A DNA stretch of 63,705 bases, the filler included, from Sphacelaria rigidula (lineage: Eukaryota): assembly GCA_964200075.2 (NCBI GenBank). It is 5 parts of 5 records of this genome, joined end to end, with 100 filler letters (N's around TTAATTAATTAA, not from the genome) between each part and the next. Parts side by side here need not be neighbours in the genome. Positions count along the whole stretch, not along the records: positions 1 to 12,663 come from CAXNAA020003525.1; 4 more parts are not named here. One strand, written 5' to 3'. The position numbers and the translations under genes are program-made. Under the pieces are notes generated by a model that made no database searches, was not told where the DNA came from, and was given only the letters and a program-made list of their open reading frames with translations. Shown piece after piece: positions 1-11,747 of the stretch. The first letter of the stretch is position 1, and every line of letters starts with the position of its first letter.

Positions 1-424
1 TGAACGATTCGTAGTCTACAACGCACAAGCAGTACTACACCTGGCTACATTGCCATTTCGTTAGAGGTCATGACTTCTTGCACCACACTTATGGGTGGCA
101 TGTTGGGAAATCATCACGATGCGGCCTTGTCTGCTGTTAGAAAGTGCTGCCTACTACTGTACTGTGGTGCTGCTGTATTACTGTACAACTGACCGTCTGT
201 ACGGCATCGCGCTGTAGTTCACCGTACCGCGATGTACTGTTGTAGGGTTCTGCATTGAACTCTCTATACTGCACTAGCTGTACTCTACACTGCACAGCCC
301 TGCAGCACTACAGTACCCTGTGGTGCACCGTGGTGGATTGAAGTACTACAGGTACAACGAAGCGTGGTGTACGGCACGTACGGTGCTGCAGGGTATGGTA
401 CAGCAAATGCTGTCTTGAGTGGTG

Positions 425-645
425 CATTTTCGGACTGCACCTGACTGCACGCTGGGCGATCGCACATTTATATGGCGGCACAACCTGCGGCCAATCACTG
501 CGGGGAAAAAAGTCCACATCAAGCCACGTCACATCAGCTTCCGCTATTAACTTTTTAGCGTCCACTCTGAAGTTTCAACGCTTCCACTCTGCTCTCTGAC
601 TTTATGATCAGAAACAAAATCTTCCGAAACTCTCTATTATTCACT
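425..645 (+). repeat. Dispersed repeat; second copy at about 17500-17705
   Basis: Shared blocks GGCGG-ACAACCTGCGGCCAATCACTGCG, CACGTCAC, CTGAAGTTTCA and CGAAACTCTCTATT at both sites. Confidence 0.7.
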
Positions 646-948
646 TTTTTTTCCACGTCTTAGTCTACCATGTCGTTCTGTTCGACTTTTTTCTGTTCCT
701 TCTTTTTCTTCAGCGAGTGTTTCAGTTTTTTTTTTCTTGGGTACGTCCATCATGTGGATAATGACCACGGTAAGGCTGGATCCCTGGGGGATCAAAGTGC
801 GACAATCAATCAATCATTCAAAATCACATGCGCAGATATGCATACGAGTATGAACCTGAAGATTCTAGGTTCAAAATGGTCAAAGAGCTCATTCCTCTAT
901 TTTCTATAATAGTCGGATGGCTGACTTCTCCACTCAAGTCGTTCATCA

Positions 949-1289
949 CGAGCAATGACTCGTGTGCTCGAGTTATTTACTTCTCCACCAGGAGCAATGA
1001 CTCGAGCACTCGCCCTATTGATCTTTTCCACAACGAGCAATGACTCAAGTACTCGCCCTATTGATTTTTCCACAACGAGCGATGACTCAAGTGCTCGCCC
1101 TATTATTTTTTTCCACGACGAGCAATGACTCAAGTGCTTGCCCCATCAATTTTTCCACAACGAGCAATGACTCGAGTGCTCGCCCTACTATTTTTTTTCA
1201 CAACGAGCGATGCCTCGAGTGTTCGTCCTATCAATTTTTTCCACCACAAGCAATGACTCGAGTGCTCTCTCTATCAATTTTTCCACAGC
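949..1289. repeat. Degenerate tandem minisatellite, about 8 units of 42-43 bp
   Basis: Unit approximately GAGCAATGACTCRAGTGCTCGCCCTATYRATTTTTCCACAAC, starting near 950, 992, 1035, 1077, 1120, 1162, 1206 and 1249. No unique spacers. Confidence 0.9.
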
Positions 1290-2111
1290 AATATCAACGA
1301 GCAGCCCAACGAGTGCGAGTGACACGAGTCATACTTGTGCTCGTCCGACGCGTGCATGATTGCCACCGTACGAAAAGATGGGCCGTACACAAGGGACGGT
1401 CGTATGGCCAGACGGATATGCAAGACAGTGCATGCAAGTTTAATGGTGGATCGTCGTTGGGTTTGGTGGGATATTGCCGGGCAATTATCCGGGACGTTTT
1501 ATGGGAAGTTTCTGAGATTTTATCGGCATATAGACACGAGATGGGTCCGAAGCCACATGTGGGACTGCACAGTTCGAGTATGACCAATCGGTACCAGTGT
1601 CGCAGTACACAGGATGTCGGATCGCCGCTTCATTGCAAGTAGCCGTGGGAACGACGTGGTTGGGATCTAAGATGCATCACGCGAGGATGAATTTGCGTTG
1701 GCGACGAGAGATGACCCTAGAGAAGAATGGGTCACAACCGTAGAGGGCGATACGGTATGTGCATATTATTTCCACCTTACTCCATTTCGATGCCACCTCA
1801 CCACATTTTGGCATAATATAGCCGGTGAAGAAAGTGCGTAGATTGAGGTCGATCACAGTGGATGATGTCTTGATGTACGTCTCATTGACGCCTGCCCGAC
1901 CGTTTGGAACACCAATTAATATGAAAGAAGAGTTTCCAAGACGAGGGGGCGCCAATAGCTTGTTGTTAAAACGATAGGATCAGGGTCTATGTTCCAACTG
2001 TCATCCACCATTTCGGTACACCAACATAGGCTAAAATACATCACACCGCACGAAAAAGCAAGCAAATATACCCACAGGCAAACTCATCATGAGACAATGG
2101 ACGCGCATCAC

Positions 2112-3451
2112 CTGCTCTCGAAGCATCGCCGGTAAAGCGCTTGAACAAACTGCAGCGGGGCTAATCTCATGAGCGCAAGCAGAAAACGGGCTCCCGAGGG
2201 ATCCCTCGCCATGGCTTTTACTACCGCCAGAGCACGGCTCTCATCTTCATGATTCCACTCCAACGCTCCAGAAACAAGTTTCATGGCCAAAGAGCCACTT
2301 TCCAGGCGAGGTGACTGCCCTGAATCCGCAGGCCCTGTGCTCGAAGCGCTGCCACATACAATAGCTTGCATTTCTAGGAGTACTGCCAGCGGTCGACTTG
2401 CATTTTCGCTTTGAATCAACTGTTGCAGTTCATTCCCCGGCAGCACCGTCAACTCTCTCGTCACACCTTCCAAAGCCGTGTGAAAGCTGGCGGGAACACG
2501 ACACGTCCGCGGCACACACCAATGCTGAAGGTCGCCTTCAGAGGTCGTCGCAGGGCCTGGATCTTGCCCTAGGATGATGGACATGTAGGTGTCTTCGCCC
2601 CCTAGCGCTGCCGCTGCAGCTGCCGCTACTACAGGACTGACAAATGGCATCGTTCGGGGGTCACCGCCGTAGGTTCCTCCTCGATCGGCGTCGGCGGGAT
2701 CTCTCTGTGCCCCGCTGCATGCCGCACTACTCGGATGTGCATGATTCGTTCGCTCGGACGCGCAGGCTCCACCTAAAATAAGGAAAACGCGTAATCCTAC
2801 CTGGCTGCTGTGGTTGTTGTGGAGAATGTTAGCCCAATTCTTGCCGGGAGGTCCCGACAGAGACAACTCCGACACGAGCGATAGAATCGCGTGTTGAGCA
2901 TCCGCCGTACCATCGTCGCTCACATCGTTTGTCGCGCCTCCGAGCTCCGCTAGTCTCATGCTTTTGCCCGCTGACACAAGCAGTGTTCGCAGAACAGGAG
3001 AAGCATGCTCGCTGGTGGCCAGGTTACGAATATGCCCACGACAGTGGGTTAACATAACCGCCGCCTGACTAGCGCTCAGGCGACGTGCGATCTTTCCTGC
3101 TATTCCACTCAGACTTGGATCGCACATGATCCAGGCCATCTCACGATTCAACTTCGCCAGTACACGATCGAACGGCGCAGTTTTGTCATCGCCGCTCCCT
3201 ACTGGATTCGCCCCGCTAACACCCCCCTCGCATAGAGCTACGGCAGTGTTGCTGCTGTTGCTTCTGTTATTGCTCTTGTTGCTTTTGGTGCTGATGTTGT
3301 TTTCGCTGCCAAACGACCACTCAGCCCACGGATCCTTCACGCCAGCTGGTCGGTTGTGCAGGTCTATGGCATCGAGTTTATCCAGTATGAGATTTATCTG
3401 TGCCAGGAAGAACCGAGTTTGTTCCTCATCGGGTCCCTGACCCTTCATCAT
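2112..3451 (-). CDS. Large 5' coding exon of a NOP9-like (Pumilio/PUF-repeat) nucleolar protein; the gene continues toward lower coordinates
   Basis: 446-codon open frame from ATG 3451 (MMKGQGPDEEQTRFF...), ending at donor AG|GTGATG (intron begins 2111). Motifs LNREMAWIMCDPSLSGIAGKI, RNLATSEHASPVLRTLL, SENASRPLAVLL and MARDPSGARFLLALM resemble NOP9 PUF repeats. A possible acceptor (ctctgcag) at 3471 means an upstream exon cannot be excluded. Confidence 0.65.
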
Positions 3452-3841
3452 CGCCCTCTCGGTGTCGCCCCTGCAGAGCTGTGGCAGCACACAGTACGGT
3501 CCTGTACAGCACCGTACTGTACCGTACCATACACTGCAATAGAGACAGTGTTGTGTGACGCAGGACTGTTAAGTGTTTACCGCTGTGTGATAGCGACTTA
3601 CGACGCTGCTTCTGGTGTGACAGATACGGGAGTAGGGGCTTGTGAAATAACTGATCCGAATTGACCATTTTTTCGTGGAAAAGGACACTTACGGCGGGTA
3701 GACGGTAGCTCTGAACCGTCAGCACCTCGTGTAACCGCACGACAGTACAGCACAACTGTACTGGATTCACTGTCAAGGGCACCTCCCGACACTCGTTGCA
3801 TCTCGTCCATTTCCCGTTAACACTGCGAAGTTTGTCGAAAA
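3452..3841. promoter_or_regulatory. Short divergent intergenic region, candidate bidirectional promoter
   Basis: Only 390 bp separates the ATG of the NOP9-like ORF (-) from the ATG of MDH (+), in otherwise gene-sparse DNA. Confidence 0.45.
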
Positions 3842-3976
3842 ATGTCGGTTGCCTCTGCGGTGTCCCGTGTTCAGCCTCTGGCCAAGATGGCAGCGCCCAC
3901 TGCTTCCAGGGCACTGGGTGCTAAAGTCGCCGCACAGGCACGATGCTTCACGAGATCGGCTCGGGCCCAAAACAAG
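3842..3976 (+). CDS. MDH2: Mitochondrial malate dehydrogenase exon 1 (transit peptide)
   Basis: MSVASAVSRVQPLAKMAAPTASRALGAKVAAQARCFTRSARAQNK: rich in R/A/S with no acidic residues. Donor AAG|GTGAGC, phase 0, joins exon 2 to give [15 protein letters not shown]. Confidence 0.85.
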
Positions 3977-4530
3977 GTGAGCGTTCAGGGTGTGTCGTTC
4001 ATACTGAGGTAGCGGCGACGTCTGTGGGCAACTCTTCAATGTCATAGCTTCATGATGCTGCGTAGTCCGGGTTGCAGCGAGTGCGTTTGGTCTTGAGTGA
4101 TGTTTATTGCTTTCGAGTACACCTGCTTCATGGGCAAGCGCCAGGCAGGCGCCTGGGAGTGCGCGACGCGTCCGAGACTGGCTCTCTTCGATATTAGAAC
4201 AAGTTCAGTTGGACTTAGTCTGGTGCTTGGTGCCTATGACAGACTTTACGAGGAGCTTCCACAATTGCAAGGGGTACTTCGTGTGTCTGGTAAATACATG
4301 CTGCATTTGCTCCCACGTGCAGTTGCAGCTAGTAGCCGTGCATACAGTAGGACATTTGTGCATGCAGTGTGTCCCCAAGAGCCGAACAACTGCCTCCCTG
4401 TGTGCGACGTGCATACCCTAAACTCGCCGCACTTATCCGGAACTTCCATTCGTTCATATATTCCTAGACAGCTGTGATGTGTCTGAGCGTCGAAGTCGTT
4501 AACCGACCATACCATGCCGTGAACATGCAG

Positions 4531-4680
4531 GTGGCAGTCGTGGGTGCGGCGGGCGGCATCGGCCAGCCCATGTCCCTGCTCATGAAGCTCTCGGGTAAGG
4601 TGGAGCACCTCTCTTTGTTCGACATCGTCAACACACCAGGAGTGGCCGCCGATATCTCTCACTGCAACAGCAAGGGAAAG
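4531..4680 (+). CDS. MDH2: Malate dehydrogenase exon 2 (NAD-binding motif)
   Basis: atgcag|[50 protein letters not shown]|gtgcgc. Confidence 0.97.
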
Positions 4681-5709
4681 GTGCGCGTTGACTGAATAGC
4701 GATGGTCATGCTCGACCACTGAACCTTTACGCTGATTTTTGCTCCGCTGATATTTTTCTAAGGCACGCAGTAGACTACTCGTTAACGGGGATCGTGAGCG
4801 TAACACTTCTGTACTTCTTGTACTGAGCCCTGGTCTTCTGCAGCCGCTCGAGCTTCGGTGCATGAACGTGTGCAACTGGGGTGTAGCATCTGAGGTTTTG
4901 CCGAAACACACAACGCAAACGAGGGCAGTTGGTCGTTCAAGATGCGCGAAAACGATGAGTGTTCAGCCGACGAACTGAACCTGGCCGACAGTACTCAATT
5001 TTTTCCACTTCGGGGACGAACCCCCCCCGTACAACTGACCGTGTCACCATTTGGGTAGCAGCATCGTAGCTGGCTTTTCAGCAGTCTCGAACATGTGCCA
5101 TGTGGTGCACATGGCTGCACATACGGTCAAGTTGAGGCAATATCGCCTGTCATCTATATTTTGGAAGACGAGGGGAGAAAATGCTGCCGTTGCCCCAAAT
5201 CAGTGTGGAAAGTCTACTGAAAATCGTGGGCCCACCCCTCAGGTATAACATGCAAGATATGCTGTCCACTTCAGCACAGGACGCAGCCACGAACCCTCTC
5301 CTCAACGGCTGGTGGTCGCCATCTTTGCCGCACTTGATCCTTTTATGATCGTTTGGTCACATTCACACTACTGTGATCACCGTCTCTAATGACCCCGTCA
5401 ACCCGAACCCGTTATCCCGGACCTGTCCCCCCGGGACCGTTACCTCCAACCCCTAGTTCGGGATACGGTCATCCCCTTCCTTCATTTACTCTGGGCGTTG
5501 TCACCCAACGTCCACCGGCTGTCATTTCGCCTCCCGCCCTAATCTCTTCCTCTGTAATGCTCATCAACTCCAAGTCCACGTCGCGTTCCCACAAGCTCCG
5601 TACACGATACACTTGAGTGAGAAGCTACAACCTTCACGTCCACTACTGTCCTGGGCTAGACCGTCCTCTTCGTCCGCGAGTGTGATATATGGTAGTAAGC
5701 ATCAGAAGT

Positions 5710-6190
5710 CTTCGAGGTTCTTTTGGGAATTTCTCGCGTACTACTCTTCGATAGAACTCGAAAGTGCTAGCGTCGGTAGATTTTGGTAGAACAAACGGAT
5801 CGTTCGCAAAACACAATGCCCAAGTTAGTGCTACTTGCTGTTGTCGGGCGATACGAGTAGATACCCCGTTTATCAGGAGGGTGTTATTGACGGTGAAACA
5901 CAGTAGTTTTTCGACTCTAGTGTAATGAGTAGGTACCATTTCGAAAGAACAATAATTGTATTTTCTTCACAATTACGAGCGCAATAGGCTCGATCGATCG
6001 AAAATACGGAAAAGTCATGCAATATTGAGTACATATGTTTTTTTTTCTCGAAATGTGGAGTGGATACAAGTTTATTTAGATCCCCAATGTGATGAGCGGT
6101 GGCAAGCGAGAGAGCCTAAGAGAATCGCCAAGTACGAAGAAATTACAAAATGAAAAGTTCAGACGCTAACTACTAATATATGGATGTATG
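5710..6190 (+). mobile_element. Dispersed repeat family A (about 0.5 kb), copy 1
   Basis: TCGCGTACTACTCTTCGATAGAA...GTTTATCAGGAGGGTGTTATTG...CCCAATGTGATGAGCGGTGG shared with 9533-10065 and 33468-33950. Confidence 0.85.
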
Positions 6191-7123
6191 TACCTCAAGC
6201 AGTCATATTCAAACGGGAGAGCCAGCGCGATAGATCCCCTACTTTCACTCGGGTGAACTCATTTTTTGGGATCCGAAATTTTTGAAAGGACATTCCCCGA
6301 TGTCAAGAAAAGCTGGTTACAGCAGGCAAAAGTACCCCCTCATTTCCGGCGGTAGACGAGCCCAGTCAACACAGAATCACATGTTGTGGTATGACAAAGA
6401 GCCATGCAATAGAGGAAAGTCATTTTCCAAAAATTGGGGCCGCAAAAAGGAGTCAAGCAGCATAAGTGGAATAGTTGAGTTTGCCAGCAGAATGCTTTTG
6501 TCTGGAGGAACACAAAAGTGAGGATAGTGCGTGATGAACTTGTATTTTCATGTAAAGTGTACCTCCAGGGAAGACGTTCTTCGAAACCTGTAACCAGCTG
6601 GTTCGCCCATGAGTCACGAGAATCGTTGGACAGAACTCTTTCATGTACGTACAATGAGGACCAGTAGCTTGGGAAAGGGGCGTTTCAATGTCCATATAAA
6701 GGGCCTGTTCCGTACAGGTATAAAAAATTGCGGCAGATTTACTTCATCTGGGGAGGCGTGTTCGAGTCGAAAAGTAGCATTGTCTGTGCTCATGCTATGC
6801 TTAATTTTCACGACCGGTTCTGCAGTGTTCCAGTGCATAAAACATGACTGTACTGGCACGTGTCGATTATAATTTGATATTTCGCTGCGTGCCACGAAGT
6901 TTCATCTGTACTATACCGCACCGTACCGTACTGTACTATTTTACTACACTGGGAATGCACGCGTACTGCATTCCAGTACAAACACGATATTTTCGCAGTC
7001 TTTTGGCATCTCTGGGGCCGCCTGCGCCGACGCACGCTGAGACTGCTTGTTTCTCGCTTGCTGTCTGTATTGACCGTACTGTACTATGATATTCATGATA
7101 TCGAAATATTTTCGGTGTCACAG

Positions 7124-7224
7124 GTGACGGGGTACAAAGGCGCCGAGGAAATGGGAGCGGCGTTGGACGGCTGCGACGTCGTGGTGATTCCGGCTGGTGT
7201 GCCTCGCAAGCCCGGCATGAGCAG
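7124..7224 (+). CDS. MDH2: Malate dehydrogenase exon 3
   Basis: tcacag|[35 protein letters not shown]|gtcacg; contains the [10 protein letters not shown] substrate loop; phase 0 to 2. Confidence 0.97.
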
Positions 7225-8063
7225 GTCACGTGTGGGGTCTAGTTGTTCGTGTGTTCGTTATCTGTTGTCATCCCATCATTCCTGGACGCCAGGCTACACC
7301 TTTAGGCACATGCAGGCGCATCAGCCGCGTTCACAATAGGAAGGCCAACATGATTTTTTTCGTGTGGTAGTGGATCATGACAGTGATTATGCGGTACATT
7401 TTGCTATTTTCATAGCTGATGCTTGACTTGCTATACCCAGGGTTTCTTCACCATGTGTAGGATGAAAGTTCGGGTGTTCGGTATCGCGCGTAGGACCGCA
7501 TGAGACCTGCTTTCATCTCTGACCTGGCAGAAGTGGACCGCAAACCGCGTTGATTTATTGGGGTATGTGCTGACACCGGCCCATGACTATATCTGCTTTA
7601 CTCCGTGCGTCGTGTTACGCGTCACACATCGCCACTGATTTTTCCGCCGACAAATCTTGGTTTGATACCTTGATGGGTGCAACGACTTAGCGCGCAAAGA
7701 CGCGGAAGATACGTGCCTCTGAGGGCGTTACCGTAGCTTTCATTCGTTGTTAAGCTCTAGGTATGGGCAGTACTTTGGGGATCTTTGCGTCATTTTACAG
7801 TAGCATCTGTATGGCATCGCATTGGGTACGTTTTGTTTTGACGGGGTGTTCCGCAGAGTTAATAGTCCATTGTGATCAGTGTTGTTTTTAGTGCTCTCGT
7901 GTGGAGGCGTTTTTGCTCTCCGAAGAATAGCCACTGCTGTATTTTCATGTTGTATGTTTTGCCGTTCTCAATTTACTGATATGGCCACAACCAACGAATC
8001 AACGTAAGTGTGTTGTGTGTGCGTGTGAATGTCGCGGGTGGGTTATTCTTTTGTTGTCCGCAG

Positions 8064-8202
8064 AGACGATCTGTTCAACACGAACGCATCGATCGTGAAG
8101 GGCATCGCTGAGCAGTGCGCCAAGAGCTGTCCTAAGGCGTGCTTCCTCATCATCTCCAACCCCGTCAACTCTACCGTACCAATCTTCGGCGACGTATTGA
8201 AG
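8064..8202 (+). CDS. MDH2: Malate dehydrogenase exon 4
   Basis: ccgcag|(R)[46 protein letters not shown]|gtatga; phase 2 to 0. Confidence 0.97.
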
Positions 8203-9196
8203 GTATGACGCTTGATCACGAGCGTTGACCCAACGCTTGTTGATTTTCTGATATTGTCGGGAGGTGAAGTTGACGCTGTACGACGCTTCAATATTGGCTC
8301 CGTACGGCCCCACAGTCCGATTCTCATGGAATATAAAAGTCGCATGTAGGCCCGGTTTCTCGGACCCGCGGTCTCATGTGACGGCAAGATCCGGGGCTTC
8401 CAATGACGTGCTGTAGCGACATATGCAGCAGCAATGAAAATATTACAGTGTTATTTCCTCGAGCCCTTTTTTTCAGCACCTGCTGTTACCTCGAGAACCC
8501 AGCACGTGACGCCTCATACGCTGAAGCTCCCATTGTTATTATCTCTATGCGGGTATGAGGTGTTGAACCGATAAGTGCTTGCGGTTGAAGCCGTTTTGGG
8601 CGCCGTTTGGGTTGAAACGATGATTATGATCATCGCACCCTTGTTTTTTTCCTTCGTTTAAATCATTGTATTATGACTATTATAGAGGGTACACTAGGAA
8701 ACCGGTACGGAGGCAGCAATTCTTGCCAGCTTCCTCGTCAAACTTTGCCAGCTCATGCGTGAACGATCGAAGCGAGACAACTGATGATCACGTTCCAGGC
8801 TTCGCTTTATCACTGAGGTTGCTGGTATTTTTTGTTCACGCGCCATCGCCCGCGAGAGCTGGCAGAGTAGCTCTTTTTGGTGCGAGTTGTGTCTCCTATC
8901 AAAGACCCCTGCAGAGCCATCTGGGCAGGGAGCAAGATCTCGTTTCGCAAACAGTACCAGAACTTACTGTGCCGACTTCATGATGGTCTAGCAGCCACCA
9001 AGGTCGTTGCTGTTGTATTGTTCTACCAGTATTAACTGTAAGTAATACGGTTGCTGGCTTCAAGTGGAATATTTATGTGGTTCGCCGTCTTTGACTTCGC
9101 CGAGATCTTGCGGAATTGTCCACCATCATCCGGCATTGTGACACATTCTATATCATGTACGAGTACGACAGATTTAGTTGACGCAGAGTAGGGGAG

Positions 9197-9491
9197 GGTG
9201 TACTCATGATCATGCATGCCATAGTCATCAGACCGTTGACCTCACATCCCTACAAAGCCGGGACGAAGCACGCCGGGTTTTCGCCGGACCAGGCTAGGAT
9301 GGGACAGAGGGTGTACTCATGATCTTGCGCGTCGTAGTCATATCACCGTTGACCCCACATCCCTACAAAGCCGGGACGAAGCGCGCCGTTTTTTTCGCCG
9401 GACCAGGCTCGCCATCACCAAGCGCGAAGCGCCGTGATGTGTTCGGTGAGTCGCATTAAGAGCGAGCTGCATCTGCTATTGTAAGATTGTT
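9197..9491 (+). mobile_element. Short abundant repeat family B (about 190 bp): one partial and one full copy in tandem
   Basis: GGGTGTACTCATGATC...GTTGACCTCRCATCCCTACAAAGCCGGGACGAAGCACGCCGGGTTTTCGCCGGACCAGGCTCG...GAGCTGCATC. Further copies at 17797-18170(-), 19287-19386, 21594-21764, 39990-40018, 49788-49943(-), 53350-53506(-) and 54249-54430. Confidence 0.9.
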
Positions 9492-9532
9492 CCCGGGGTG
9501 GGAACATGATGATACACTAGTGGGCGCCTGAA

Positions 9533-10065
9533 CTGTTCAGGGTTGTTTGGGGGGTTTTATCGCGTACCACTCTTCGACAGAACTCGAGTTTCCTCGCGTC
9601 GGTAGATTTTGGTAAAAGAAACAAATCGTCCCTAAAACACAGCGTCCAAGGTAGTGTTAGTTGGTGTTATCGGGCGATACAAATAGATACCCCATTTATC
9701 AGGAGGGTGTTATTGACCGTGAACACACAGTTTTTCGGCTCTAGTGCAATGCGTGGGTAGAATTACAAACAAAAAAACCGTACATTTCTTCACAAATACG
9801 ATCAGCGCAGGCTCGATCGACCGAAAATACCGAACAGTCAGAATCTGGGCTGAAACGTGGCAGGACCCCCGATGACCGATCAGCCCGTAAGCCATCCAAT
9901 ATTGAGTTCAGATGATTTTTTTTTCTTGGAATATGCAGCGGAAACAAGTATATTCAGATCCCCAATGTGATGAGCGGTGGCAAGAGAAGGGGCCGACAAA
10001 AATCGCCAGTTACGAAGAAATTACAAAAGGAGTAGTTCAGGCACCCCCTACTATATGGAATATTA
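9533..10065 (+). mobile_element. Dispersed repeat family A, copy 2
   Basis: Collinear similarity to 5710-6190 and 33468-33950. Confidence 0.85.
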
Positions 10066-11115
10066 CAAGTGGAATAGCCCAACTCTTGAAAACCAAATAC
10101 GTCGTTGATGAGTAGATTTCAAACGGCCAAGCTGAAAGAGGGGATTCGGCTTCTTCGTGGAATACTCAACTCCCGGTGGCTGTCTCCTCCGATAATGCAT
10201 GTACGACGTTGTCAATGAATTATCCTCGTTGCACTTGAAAATGACATCTCGCCCCAAATGATCATGAAGAAACCTGCCAGTGTCCTTCTCTGCCCCAGTG
10301 TCGGTACTTGCAGCGCCCCCGGCGAGAAATCTGGGGTGGAAGATTTCCGTACAAAATAGCCATCGCTGGGGTGCCTCAGGCAGTTTCAAAATCCGTGATT
10401 GAAGAAGACAGGGCATGGTAGCGGAAGGAAGCGAAGTTCCCGGCGCCAGTCCTTCGGAAAGCATCACATATTATGTTACGGTCCAAGTGGCTCTCTCCCC
10501 CGAGTGTGGTCGTTTTGATTGGGAGGCATTAGTGGGGATGCCCGCACTGCGGGAACAATCATCGGTGAAAAACAACGTGCATGAGTCTGTTTACTTCTGC
10601 ATGATCACGAGAATAGACTTGAACCACAATGGCGCAAGAAATTTCTTCGGAACAAGCATCACCAGCTGATGGCCAATGCGTGTAAGTCCGACGCTCCAAT
10701 AGCTAAGCAGCTCGTCTCTGTCCATGGGTAATCGCACCGGATGACAAGATGAACAAGCCCCTTACACATGTCATTCACTTGATCGAAGCACTGCTCGTTT
10801 TTTTTTATTCATATATTCCCCGTACGCCACCGATCGTACATCTGAAGGGGGCTTCAGCGCCGAAGGGTTTGTCCCGTTGACTTCCGTACGATGTAGTCAT
10901 GTCCCATTGAATCTCCAATATAAGCCCATGCAACCTTTTTGTGGCGTGATTCTAATTCGGAAATGCTCTTCCTGTGAAGATCCCGAAGTTTGCAAAGTCG
11001 AAGGGTTCAACACATGGAGCATGTTGGAGGCCTAGGGCTAACGCCGAACCGCTTTGCCTCCGTCCTTGTTGTGCTCATATGCGGTTTTACCCCGCTGTCA
11101 TACTCCCCATGGCAG

Positions 11116-11203
11116 GCGGCAGGCGTATTCAACCCGGCGAAGCTGATGGGCGTCACCACCCTGGATGTGTGCAGAGCCAACACGTTCGTCGCGGAAAACC
11201 AAG
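11116..11203 (+). CDS. MDH2: Malate dehydrogenase exon 5; remaining exons lie beyond the contig end
   Basis: tggcag|AAGVFNPAKLMGVTTLDVCRANTFVAENQ-g|gtaagc; GVTTLD catalytic Asp motif. Confidence 0.97.
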
Positions 11204-11670
11204 GTAAGCGAGATAGATCCGCCCAAAGACTGCTTGTTTTCAAACGCGGGGGCATTTTACCAAGCGAGCGTTGCCCCAATTTATTACTTGGAGCCCTATT
11301 TTGGTCCAGAGGCCGGTCTCGATACCTCGGAGCCGAGCGAATCGGGATAGTGAGCTAGGTTACTCTCGTTGAGGTGATGCAACGTGTCCGAGACGTGTGA
11401 TGGCTATATTCCCTGTTTGGGGGGTCAAAAACCGTGGCAACTGTCTCAAAAGTGGTAAATAAACCTCTCGAAAATTTGTCAACCGTAAAAAACGGCCCAG
11501 CAGGTCTTGTGAGCGAGTTTGTGCCCCCCCCGCGCGCCTCTCTTTATCTCCGATTGTGTTGGGAAAAAATCTGCCTCGGAAGGGATGAAAGCAGATTTTT
11601 CAGCCAGGTCAGGTAATTGATCAACTTCACACCCTGGACGTTATTTTGTTTTTGTTTTTAATTTTTTTAT

Positions 11671-11747
11671 TTGTCGCACTTTGAACCCCTACCCTTCCTC
11701 GGGACAAGTCCGTGGTCTCAAGGGATCAACCTATCTCTCTCCCCGGT
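11671..11747 (+). repeat. Repeat family D (about 80 bp)
   Basis: GTCGCACTTTGAACCCC...GGAC-A-TCCGTGGTCTCAAGGGATCAACCCATCTCT...CCCGGTA; also at 33075-33157, 41691-41785 and 52064-52137(-). Confidence 0.85.

Noticed and set aside
949..1289. CRISPR array
   Set aside because: Units are tandem with no unique spacers, there are no cas genes, and the context is eukaryotic.
1040..1642. 200-aa ORF with repeated peptide
   Set aside because: Its first half is a translation of the minisatellite; no domain or splice support.
1294..1960. Helitron/Pif1 helicase C-terminus (ARQYP... on the minus strand)
   Set aside because: Only a faint resemblance; the diagnostic TINKSQG and HGQLYVA motifs are not recoverable.
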